From Candidatus Wirthbacteria bacterium (lineage in GTDB: Bacteria > Patescibacteriota > CG2-30-54-11): a DNA stretch of 64,000 bases. The first letter of the stretch is position 1, and each line of letters opens with the position of its first letter. The notes under the pieces were generated by a model. The model ran no database searches and was not told the DNA's origin. It saw only the letters and a list, made by a program, of their open reading frames with translations. Shown one piece after another: positions 1 through 8,733 of this stretch. Made by a program: the position numbers and the translations under genes. Location of the stretch: positions 16,096-80,095 of the forward strand of contig CAISZI010000047.1 in assembly GCA_903889905.1 (NCBI GenBank), given 5' to 3'.

Positions 1-2
1 TT

Positions 3-266
3 ACTTCACCAATCATGGTTATCTTTTTCCTCGCCAAGACAAAGTCAGACATGGTGAAGTGGCTAAAAGTCTGTTCTCTTCTGATTCTCCTACCGACACT
101 TTTTTTCTATGGTATTGGTTGGGTCCAATATGGTTATCGCTATGCCGTGGATATTTATCCATTGCTGTTTGTCATCATGATCCTGGGAATCCAGGGACAG
201 CCCAGCAAACGATGGTATTGGGCCGCCTTTTTGGGACTTTTGAGCACGTGGTTATTTTTATTTTGA
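3..266 (+). CDS. 3' end of a polytopic membrane protein (partial, starts before the window), possibly GT-C glycosyltransferase-like
   Basis: Frame is open from the window edge; hydrophobic helices and a GWVQYGYRYAVD loop motif. Confidence 0.55.
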   Translation, partial: TSPIMVIFFLAKTKSDMVKWLKVCSLLILLPTLFFYGIGWVQYGYRYAVDIYPLLFVIMILGIQGQPSKRWYWAAFLGLLSTWLFLF

Positions 267-424
267 TGATTTCCATCACAGTCGGACGCGCCATCGCCAG
301 CAAATTCGCAGAGAACCCCCGATATGACCAAGGATAAAATCATTTTATTTATAATTGTTCATCACGGGGACATCCGTTTCAGGGAAATAATGTTTCAATC
401 ATACGATAACGCATAAGACAAACC

Positions 425-1132
425 ATGCACCAAAAGCTCCCCAAATCCATTTATCTCACGCTCATTATCCTGGCCCTTGCTTTGTCCTTCGGCTTGGGAT
501 ATTTGTATCTGAATGTTCCTGCCACCAAGCCCATCACCCGCAAAGGAAAAACGTCAGACCATGGCACCTACCTGCTGTATCTGCCACCCAAGTTTAACAA
601 ATCACTCCCACACACTTTGGTTTATGCGCTGTCACCGAATGCTGACGCCAATGCCCTGCTCGATACCTGGTGCCTGGTAGCTGACAAACACCAGTGGATC
701 GTGGCTTCTTCCAAAGTGTCACGCAATGGCGTGGACTACGATCCGATTCTCAAGCAAATCAAAACAGACCTCAATGAGATTGAAGCAAATTACACAATCG
801 CCAGAGGACGGGTAGTTTTTACCGGCATGTCCGGCGGCGGTATGGGAGCATATGCCGTGACTTATACCTATCCCGACCGCGTTGATGCGCTGGTCATTAA
901 CACCGGCATGATGGCTTACGGTGGCGAAACGCCAGACTACCCGCGCGGCAAAATCGCCGCTTTCCTCGCCAGCCCGAGTGATTTTCGCTATCCCAACATG
1001 CAGGCTGACTATGATTACCTGACCAAACTGGGCTGGTCTACCGAATGGTTTGAGTTCGAAGGTGGCCATACCATAGCCCCGCCTGCGACTTATGAACAAG
1101 CGGCAGTGTGGCTGGATAAGAATTTGCCTTAG
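425..1132 (+). CDS. Membrane-anchored alpha/beta hydrolase (esterase-like)
   Basis: N-terminal TM helix; nucleophile elbow GMSGG; C-terminal FEGGH His motif. Confidence 0.75.
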   Translation: MHQKLPKSIYLTLIILALALSFGLGYLYLNVPATKPITRKGKTSDHGTYLLYLPPKFNKSLPHTLVYALSPNADANALLDTWCLVADKHQWIVASSKVSRNGVDYDPILKQIKTDLNEIEANYTIARGRVVFTGMSGGGMGAYAVTYTYPDRVDALVINTGMMAYGGETPDYPRGKIAAFLASPSDFRYPNMQADYDYLTKLGWSTEWFEFEGGHTIAPPATYEQAAVWLDKNLP

Positions 1133-1272
1133 CCTGCTTAGGTATCTACTTATTTCCCGTATTGCCGCTGCAGTTTCATCAATATTTTTCACTGACACCA
1201 GCATTCGGCATATGGTTCTCCAACCAAAACCATGATACACTTTCTGAGTTAATTAATTAGGGTACCCCTTTT

Positions 1273-3045
1273 ATGGACAATACAACACCGCCGGAAATTC
1301 CAGTCCAGACCAAGGTAGCCAAGACCGGCATACCTCTACCGATCTGGGTGTGGCTGATTTTGGGAGTATTGCTAATCGGGGTTTGTACGACAGCCGGATA
1401 CTATTTAGGAACGAAAAACACTAAGAAAGCAACAACTGGAACGCCCACAACACCAACGAGGAACCAAAAAATACCTGTGACTGCACCAATCTCAAAGTCC
1501 ATGACCGCTGACAATCAAAAGGCGGCTGGCACAGAGATACCCGCCACTCCTGTTACCGACAAGGGGGTTACATGGCTCAGTTCCCCTGCACCACTGGCTG
1601 ATTTGGGCCTGCTCACCATTCCTGGCCCGAAAGACAATAACATGATCGAAAGCGATATCCACTATTTCAAAGTCGGCGCCGACAATGGCAATGACATCAT
1701 CATCGCCGAATACACCTACATGCAAGGCGATCTGGGTAATTATCTTTTTCTCAAACAAAGCACAAACCAGTACAATTTACTCACGAATTATTCGCAACCA
1801 ATCGCGACCGGTGAGGGTGACACTTCGGGCAGCCTTTTATTGACCAGTAAGGTCGTTTCCAACAATTTCGCAACTTACTCATCACTTCAAGCCCAACCAA
1901 AACTCACGGTAAGTGGTATTGATCTTAGCGTCGACAACGTCCCTAACGTCTGGTTTCCTGACTACGAGGCAAAGATCAAGGGCTCAGCTATAACAATTCT
2001 TGATTCGACGCCATACGGAATCCTCTACGATGTCAATTATAGTAATGGCAAGATAATCGATCCAAAGGAAGAAGCCTACGTCCTAGTTAAACCAAATAAT
2101 ATTGGTGTTTTTTATCAACTAATTCCACCTTTTTTAAAAAATTCAGAGCATGGCTGGCAAACTGGCCTGATAACATGGAACGACGGAACCATCACTGACA
2201 ATTCCTATAGCTATGACGGCGGAACGTCTTGTGGTGCTGCCTCGGGCATCGCTATCCTGAATGCCAGTGACATGAGTGATCTAAGCCCGGCAGGCAAAAC
2301 AGAAGATGGGGAAACGATTTATCAATTTTATAACCCCAACAACCCAGTCTTACAGGAATTTTATAAAAATTACACCGACATGAACGGATCTGGGAATCCG
2401 ATCTCACCGACGTTGACTGAATATCTAAACAACCATGCCTTGATTGTCTATCAAGACAAAATGAATCGCCTTGTCTTACTCTACGATCAAAAATATGGCA
2501 TTACTGGTTGCGGCAAACCCGTTGTCTATCTCTACCCCACTCAAATCACCCAAGTCAGTGTCAAAGTCGGCGCCAACATCTCCAAATCTGTCCCTGCTTA
2601 CAACCAAGGTTGGAGCGTCATTGCCCAGCCCGACGGCATGCTCACGACAGCGGACGGCAAGACTTATGACTCACTTTTTTGGGAAGGTTTTGGCCAAAAT
2701 TATCCAACCATTACCCAGGGATTTGTCGTTGCTCAAGCCGACCTACCGCAAACACTGAGCACTCATCTGATGCAGCTTGGACTTAACACCAAAGAACGGG
2801 CCGACTTCCTGGCATTCTGGCTGCCCAAAATGCCCACCACTCCATTCGTCCGACTCACCTGGTTCGGTACGCAAGCTATGAATAATCTGGCACCGCTCAC
2901 CATCACGCCCAAACCTGACACCCTCATTCGCATTTTCCTTGATTTCCAGGGATTACAAACACCAATCTCCATTGCTCTTGAACATTTAAGTGCCATTCCA
3001 CGACACGGCTTTACCGTAGTCGAATGGGGCGGATTGCTGCGCTAA
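1273..3045 (+). CDS. Membrane-anchored exported protein with C-terminal KPVxYLYP...VVEWGG domain of unknown function
   Basis: TM helix near N-terminus, Thr/Pro-rich linker, GCGKPVVYLYP, LFWEG, FxxFWLP and FTVVEWGG motifs. Confidence 0.75.
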   Translation: MDNTTPPEIPVQTKVAKTGIPLPIWVWLILGVLLIGVCTTAGYYLGTKNTKKATTGTPTTPTRNQKIPVTAPISKSMTADNQKAAGTEIPATPVTDKGVTWLSSPAPLADLGLLTIPGPKDNNMIESDIHYFKVGADNGNDIIIAEYTYMQGDLGNYLFLKQSTNQYNLLTNYSQPIATGEGDTSGSLLLTSKVVSNNFATYSSLQAQPKLTVSGIDLSVDNVPNVWFPDYEAKIKGSAITILDSTPYGILYDVNYSNGKIIDPKEEAYVLVKPNNIGVFYQLIPPFLKNSEHGWQTGLITWNDGTITDNSYSYDGGTSCGAASGIAILNASDMSDLSPAGKTEDGETIYQFYNPNNPVLQEFYKNYTDMNGSGNPISPTLTEYLNNHALIVYQDKMNRLVLLYDQKYGITGCGKPVVYLYPTQITQVSVKVGANISKSVPAYNQGWSVIAQPDGMLTTADGKTYDSLFWEGFGQNYPTITQGFVVAQADLPQTLSTHLMQLGLNTKERADFLAFWLPKMPTTPFVRLTWFGTQAMNNLAPLTITPKPDTLIRIFLDFQGLQTPISIALEHLSAIPRHGFTVVEWGGLLR

Positions 3046-3084
3046 ACTTCGTATTGCCGACCCAAGCCTCTAACTGTTGATTGC

Positions 3085-3387
3085 ATGGCCAAACCCAACT
3101 CCCAACGCACCTGGTACGTCTATATCCTTGAGTGCTGCGACCAGACCTACTACACCGGTATTGCGCTCAATGTTGCCAAACGAATGGACCAGCATAACGG
3201 TCAGGATCCAGGCGGTGCCAAATACACCCAAACCAGACGTCCGGTCAAATTGTTGTACAAAAAAAGACTGCCGGATCAAAAAACCGCCATGACCGAAGAA
3301 CTGCGCATCAAACGGCTACCACGCAAGCAGAAGATGGAGTTGATAAAAGCCAAAACCAAATACAAAAGAAGCACAAAGCAAACATAA
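3085..3387 (+). CDS. GIY-YIG nuclease family protein (UPF0213-like)
   Basis: WYVYILEC..YYTGI, R..QHN, GAKYT..RRPV, E..IK.L motifs. Confidence 0.9.
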   Translation: MAKPNSQRTWYVYILECCDQTYYTGIALNVAKRMDQHNGQDPGGAKYTQTRRPVKLLYKKRLPDQKTAMTEELRIKRLPRKQKMELIKAKTKYKRSTKQT

Positions 3388-3433
3388 AAAATCCCCCGTG
3401 CCTCCTTTGTAAAGGTGGTATGAGGGGATTTTT
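3387..3433. terminator. Bidirectional hairpin between convergent genes, containing a CCTCCTTT-n-AAAGGTGG palindromic core
   Basis: AAAAATCCCC...GGGGATTTTT inverted repeat with A/T tails. Confidence 0.65.
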
Positions 3434-3492
3434 CAATTTGCATTTTCCGCCTAATAACTTTGCAGACTTTATGAACTTTCGACACTAACCAG

Positions 3493-4776
3493 TTACCCCG
3501 CGCGTCTGCCGCGGTAGCCTTTGCGGTCATTGCCATTTACCACGTGAAACGGACGGTTGTTCTGGTTGTACCGCTTGTTTTGAGGCGTCTGGGCGATGGG
3601 TTTGGGTTCGTGGCGGTACTCGGTGCTGGGAACCGGTGTACCGAGCATAAAGGGATGGTTTTCCACGACGGGAATGGTTTTTTTGATCAGACGTGTGATG
3701 TCGCGCAAACTGCCGCGTTCGGTGTGGTCCACCAGTGACAAGGCCATACCAACTGCACCAGCCCGGGCTGTCCGGCCAATACGGTGAACATAGGTTTCGG
3801 GCACTTCCGGCAAGTCAAAGTTGATGACATGCGACAAATCGTCGATGTCGAGCCCACGGGCTGCCACATCGGTCGCCACCATGACGCGGGTGCGTTTGGT
3901 TTTGAAGTTGCTCAAGGTCTTCTGGCGGGCATTCTGGGTTTTGTCGCCATGAATGGCTTCGGCAATGATGCCGGTGTCATTGATGCGTTTTGCCACGCGG
4001 TCAGCGCCGTATTTGGTGCGGGTAAAGACCAGGGCAGATTCGATCCGTTCATCCTGCAGCAAGTGGATCAGGAGTGGCAATTTGTTGGCTTTGTCGACAT
4101 GAAAAACCGCCTGTTTGACCAGGTCCACGGTGGGCGATTTGGATTCGATTTCCACTTTGACTGGATTCACCAGGATCATATTCGCCAGTTTGGCGATTTC
4201 GGGTGGCATGGTGGCCGAGAAGAACAAAGTCTGCTTTTTGGCAGGCAATTTGGAAACGATTTTTTTGACGTCAGGCAAAAAGCCCATGTCCAGCATGCGG
4301 TCGGCTTCGTCCAGCACGAATATCTCGATTTTGTCCAAATGGATAAAACCCTGGTTCATCAAGTCAAACAGCCGGCCTGGAGTGGCGATCAGGATGTCGA
4401 TACCGGAGCGCAGGGCGCGGGTCTGATTGAATTGGCTGACGCCACCATAAACCACCGTGTGACGCATGTGCAAAAATTGACCATAAGCGCCAAAACTTTC
4501 ACCGATCTGGATGGCAAGTTCACGCGTCGGAGTGACGATCAAGGCTTTGATCGCCTTGCGTCCGGTTTCATTACGCACAGGATTGGTCAGGATCTGCAGA
4601 ATCGGCACCGCAAAAGCGGCAGTTTTGCCAGTCCCGGTCTGGGCGCAACCCAGTAAATCTTTACGTTCCAGCACCACTGGAATAGCACGTTCCTGAATCG
4701 GGGTGGGCGACTGGTAGCCTTCTACCTCCAAAGCACGCAGAATAGGCAGACTGAGTTTGAGTTCCTCGAATTTCAT
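3493..4776 (-). CDS. rhlE: DEAD-box ATP-dependent RNA helicase (RhlE-like)
   Basis: Q motif, AQTGTGKT, PTRELA, DEAD, SAT, HRIGRTAR. Confidence 0.9.
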   Translation of the reverse strand: MKFEELKLSLPILRALEVEGYQSPTPIQERAIPVVLERKDLLGCAQTGTGKTAAFAVPILQILTNPVRNETGRKAIKALIVTPTRELAIQIGESFGAYGQFLHMRHTVVYGGVSQFNQTRALRSGIDILIATPGRLFDLMNQGFIHLDKIEIFVLDEADRMLDMGFLPDVKKIVSKLPAKKQTLFFSATMPPEIAKLANMILVNPVKVEIESKSPTVDLVKQAVFHVDKANKLPLLIHLLQDERIESALVFTRTKYGADRVAKRINDTGIIAEAIHGDKTQNARQKTLSNFKTKRTRVMVATDVAARGLDIDDLSHVINFDLPEVPETYVHRIGRTARAGAVGMALSLVDHTERGSLRDITRLIKKTIPVVENHPFMLGTPVPSTEYRHEPKPIAQTPQNKRYNQNNRPFHVVNGNDRKGYRGRRAG

Positions 4777-4989
4777 CGGGAATCCTTCATACTAAAAAGT
4801 ACGGGTTCCCGGTCAGTGATCTAATTGAGGAACCTGAAAATATGTTTTAACCAGCGACGAAACAATTGTGAAATCGCATCGACAGATCACGCTAAGTCCA
4901 GCTAAGTATACCATAGATTTGGAGAAAGCCGGGTATGCTATAATTTATTTCTGTATTTTTCTATCGTATTAGTTCAAAGAGACACGCGC

Positions 4990-5868
4990 TTGCTTGAAGA
5001 ATCATTACAACGATCACTATCGGATAACCCACCCCTTCAAAACGAAAACCTGTCTTTCCTGTTGAAAGCAATGCCATCAATCATTGAAGCTTTGAAGATT
5101 AAGACAGACGGAATGATGTATACGGACAAATTAGGCTTGATTGGTGCCAGTGCAGTTTTTCCTGAATTTCAACCGGTGCAAAAAAGACTTTTAGAAGTAA
5201 TCACCCTTGGCCATTATATTGACCATATTTGCGATGAAGGAAAACACGGTAAGTTACCCGGCAAAAAGACAGATAATATTTCACAATTCAATCATCTTTA
5301 TACAGAACTCCTTCACCATTTCGGTCAGTCTCCCATTGTTCGCAGTTTGATTGTCTTTTTTGGGCACGCCTTGGTCGTGGAGAGTACTGTCAAAGAATTC
5401 CCGCCTACTACGGATGAAGCCTCGCAACAGTAACGGGAATTGATCAATGCAATTTGGACCCGAATGATAGTTTCGACTGGAATGGAACAGTTGGGGCAAA
5501 AAGCTGATCCACTCACACACACAGACAATGTTCCTGATTCATACGCGGGTATTCACCGGCTTTATTTGCCTTATATGAACGGAGAAGAGGAGGAATTAAA
5601 GCAGCTTCCGGGCAATGTGCGAAGTTACCAGCTGTATCTTTGGACTATGACAATTCAAAATTCTTACGACACTTCAGCTCATACACGAAATGCGGAATCG
5701 GGTTTAACTTATCTGCACAATTCTGGAAACCCTTACCTGTCCAAAGCTATCGAATCAGGATTACCTGAAGGAATTGTTAATGGTAGTGAATATCTGATTG
5801 AAGGGATGATTCGGCTGCTTCGGATCAGGAACAAATTTAGACGTATTCGTAAACGACTTACAACGTAA
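4990..5868 (+). pseudogene. Hypothetical helical protein (possible isoprenoid-synthase-like fold) split by an in-frame TAA at 5431-5433
   Basis: ORFs 4990-5433 and 5440-5868 share a frame and are separated only by TAA CGG GAA; DHICDE resembles DDxxD; TGCTATAAT promoter upstream. Confidence 0.55.
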
Positions 5869-5941
5869 AATTAAGTGCCGCAATTGCAAGCCGATTATCT
5901 GTGGTAAAATTCAACAGTCTCAATTGATTATCCGGATTTCC

Positions 5942-7762
5942 ATGATCACCGTCACCGACCTCAGTAAAAGCTACACCGAACAGGTTCTGTTCGAAAACGC
6001 CAGTTTCTTCATCAACGCCAAGGAACGCATTGGCCTGGTGGGCCGTAACGGGCATGGCAAATCAACGCTGTTCAAAATGATGGCCGGGCTCGAGGAGCCT
6101 GACAGCGGCATCATCAAATTTCCCAAAGATTACCGTATCGGCTACCTCAGCCAGCATTTGCATTTCACCGAACCCACCATCCTGGCCGAAGGCTGCAAGG
6201 GACTGCCCAAAGGCGCCGAATTTGACCAGTGGAAAGTCGAAAAAGTGCTGATGGGCCTGGGGTTTGACCGCAGCGACTTTGAACGCAATCCAAGTGAGTT
6301 CTCCGGTGGTTTTCAGCTGCGTATCAATCTGGCCAAAGCGCTTGTTAATGAACCCGATCTGATGATGCTCGACGAACCAACCAACTTTCTGGACATCATC
6401 TCGATCCGCTGGATGATTAAATTTTTGCGCGCCTGGCCCAGCGAACTGATGCTGATCAGCCACGACCGGTCTTTCATGGACCAGGTGGTCACACATGTGA
6501 TGGGTATTCACCGCCAGAATATCAAAAAAATCCCCGGCAAAACCGGCGAATACTACGAACAGGTCGCACTCGAGGAAACGTTCTATGAACAGGAACGCGT
6601 TCGCAACGAACAGAAACGAGAACAAACCATGCAGTTCGTCGACCGCTTCCGTGCCCAGGCCACCAAAGCCAGCCAGGTCCAATCCCGCATCAAGGCGCTG
6701 GACAAGATGGGCACCCAGGAAAAACTCTCCCGCATTGCGACGCTCAACTTTTCTTTTCATTCCCTGCCATTCCCGGCCAAAACCATGTTGCATGCCCACA
6801 GCCTCAGCTTTCGTTATGACGCCAAACAACCCCTGTTTCAGGATCTCAACCTCACGATCGAAAAAACTGACCGCATCTGCATTATTGGTAAAAATGGTAA
6901 AGGCAAAACGACGCTGCTCAAAGTGCTGATGGGCATTTTGGCGCCCACATCCGGCAACATCAAGACGCATCCTCTGTTGATCAAAGGCTATTTTGAACAA
7001 GCCAACACCGCAGATTTGCACGACTACCGCACCGTGGAACAGGAAATCATGGAATCGCTGGAAAAGAAAAGTCTGCAGGAAGCACGCAAAATCTGCGGCC
7101 TCATGATGTTTACCAAAAATTCGGCGCTCAAAAAGATCGAAGTGCTCTCCGGGGGCGAAAAATCGCGCGTCATCCTGGGCAAACTACTCGCCAAACCCGC
7201 CCATCTGCTGCTCCTGGACGAACCCACGCATCATCTCGACATGCCATCGAGCGAAGCCATGGCCGACGCCATTTCCGAATTTGAAGGTGCCGCTATTGTC
7301 GTCACCCACGACGAGGATTTCCTGCGCCGTGTGGCGACCAAACTGATTATTTTTCACGAAGACCGAACCTTTGTCTATGAAGGCAAATACGACGACTTCC
7401 TCGCCGAAATCGGCTGGGGCGATGAAGCGGTCAAACCCAAAATTTCGACATCCCGCGGCAATCCCAAAGACGAACGCCGTGCCCGTGCCCAGGATTTGGC
7501 CAAGCAGCAGGATATCCTGAAACCAATACAAAACAAAATCAAAGAATTGGAACAACAAATCGAAACGCTGGAAAAACAATTTGCTGCCGACACCGAACGG
7601 ATTGCCAAAGCATCTGCTGTCCAGGACACCATCGAAATCATCAAACTCTCCAAAACCTTACATGACCTGCGCGCCAAAATCGACTTTTGCTATGTGGATT
7701 TGGAAGAAGCCACACAGGCTCTGGAATTGGCAAAACTTGACATGCTGCCGTCGCAGGCATAA
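5942..7762 (+). CDS. ABC-F family ATP-binding protein
   Basis: Two ABC cassettes (GRNGHGKST/FSGG/LDEPTN and GKNGKGKTT/LSGGE/LDEPTH), inter-ABC linker, C-terminal coiled coil, no TM. Confidence 0.92.
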   Translation: MITVTDLSKSYTEQVLFENASFFINAKERIGLVGRNGHGKSTLFKMMAGLEEPDSGIIKFPKDYRIGYLSQHLHFTEPTILAEGCKGLPKGAEFDQWKVEKVLMGLGFDRSDFERNPSEFSGGFQLRINLAKALVNEPDLMMLDEPTNFLDIISIRWMIKFLRAWPSELMLISHDRSFMDQVVTHVMGIHRQNIKKIPGKTGEYYEQVALEETFYEQERVRNEQKREQTMQFVDRFRAQATKASQVQSRIKALDKMGTQEKLSRIATLNFSFHSLPFPAKTMLHAHSLSFRYDAKQPLFQDLNLTIEKTDRICIIGKNGKGKTTLLKVLMGILAPTSGNIKTHPLLIKGYFEQANTADLHDYRTVEQEIMESLEKKSLQEARKICGLMMFTKNSALKKIEVLSGGEKSRVILGKLLAKPAHLLLLDEPTHHLDMPSSEAMADAISEFEGAAIVVTHDEDFLRRVATKLIIFHEDRTFVYEGKYDDFLAEIGWGDEAVKPKISTSRGNPKDERRARAQDLAKQQDILKPIQNKIKELEQQIETLEKQFAADTERIAKASAVQDTIEIIKLSKTLHDLRAKIDFCYVDLEEATQALELAKLDMLPSQA

Positions 7763-7801
7763 TTTGCATCTCAGTAATTTGCCTCAAATGGATTGATGCC
7801 C

Positions 7802-8647
7802 ATGTCAGCAATTTTGTTGCTGCAGGTTGTTTCTGCTTTTGTCTTGGGTGGACTTTTTACAACTTTTTTGACACTGGTGACGGAACGCTCGCCACGCCAA
7901 ATTGCCGGCATTTTCATGGCATTGCCGACGACGGTGGTGTTTACGTTCTTCTTCCTGGGCTGGGTAGCGGGTAAAAACGTCTTTGATACCATTGCGCCCA
8001 CCACTGTGCTTTCCCTCAGCAGTTCCATGCTGTTTCTGGGCAGTTACATTTCCCTGTCGCGCATCTACAAGCGCCTGCAGCTGCCACTAGCGATAGAAAT
8101 GGCTCTTACTTATATTTCAGCCATCTGTATTTGGTTTGCCTTGGGTTTACTGATCGCACTACTCAAATTTCACAACCTGCCCGTCGCGATTGGCATCTAT
8201 ACACTGACAAATCTGGCCATTTATCAGCTGCTGACTGCTATCGCCCACAAGTCGCCCGATCACCACATCATCCGATATACGACAAAGCAAAAAATCATGC
8301 GTATGCTGTTTGTAGGCACTGTGCTTGGCACCATGGTGGCTGTTACCAAGTTGATCAGCCCGTTCTGGGGTGGCGTGCTGAGCATGTTCCCGGCGGTATT
8401 TTCGGTCTCCTTGCTGCTTTTTCACTATTACCACGGCACCGACGGCTTGGCGGCGCTGGTTCAGAAAGCTCCGATTGGCAACTGGGCGGTGCTGGTGTAT
8501 GTCCTGTGCGCCGTTATTTTTTTTCCAAAGACCGGCATCATCTGGGGAACGCTGATTTGCCTGATCATCAGTTTTTGTACCGCTGCATTGTTGCTTAAAG
8601 TTTCTCACCTGTTAAGTCAATCTTCGTTAAAACAACCTGTGCGTTAG
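7802..8647 (+). CDS. Integral membrane protein, two-repeat DUF3147-like
   Basis: About 8-9 TM helices; repeated G-x-x-x-x-P motif (AGIFMALP, GGVLSMFP); start codon uncertain (7793-7802). Confidence 0.6.
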   Translation: MSAILLLQVVSAFVLGGLFTTFLTLVTERSPRQIAGIFMALPTTVVFTFFFLGWVAGKNVFDTIAPTTVLSLSSSMLFLGSYISLSRIYKRLQLPLAIEMALTYISAICIWFALGLLIALLKFHNLPVAIGIYTLTNLAIYQLLTAIAHKSPDHHIIRYTTKQKIMRMLFVGTVLGTMVAVTKLISPFWGGVLSMFPAVFSVSLLLFHYYHGTDGLAALVQKAPIGNWAVLVYVLCAVIFFPKTGIIWGTLICLIISFCTAALLLKVSHLLSQSSLKQPVR

Positions 8648-8733
8648 TCTGTCGCCCGGAGCTGGACAAAAACTTCACGCTTGACCGGAGTGGTGTTATT
8701 CTATGGACGTTTTGTCAAAACAAAGGAAACGTC

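Noticed and set aside
3784-4656. 290-aa plus-strand ORF and similar long antisense ORFs (6062-7021, 40326-41372, 55905-56591, 58365-59105, 63186-63986)
   Set aside because: Shadows of well-conserved genes with biased codon usage; no recognisable motifs
4777-4900. Structured RNA in the long rhlE leader
   Set aside because: Long leaders are common for DEAD-box genes and I could not recognise a defined motif
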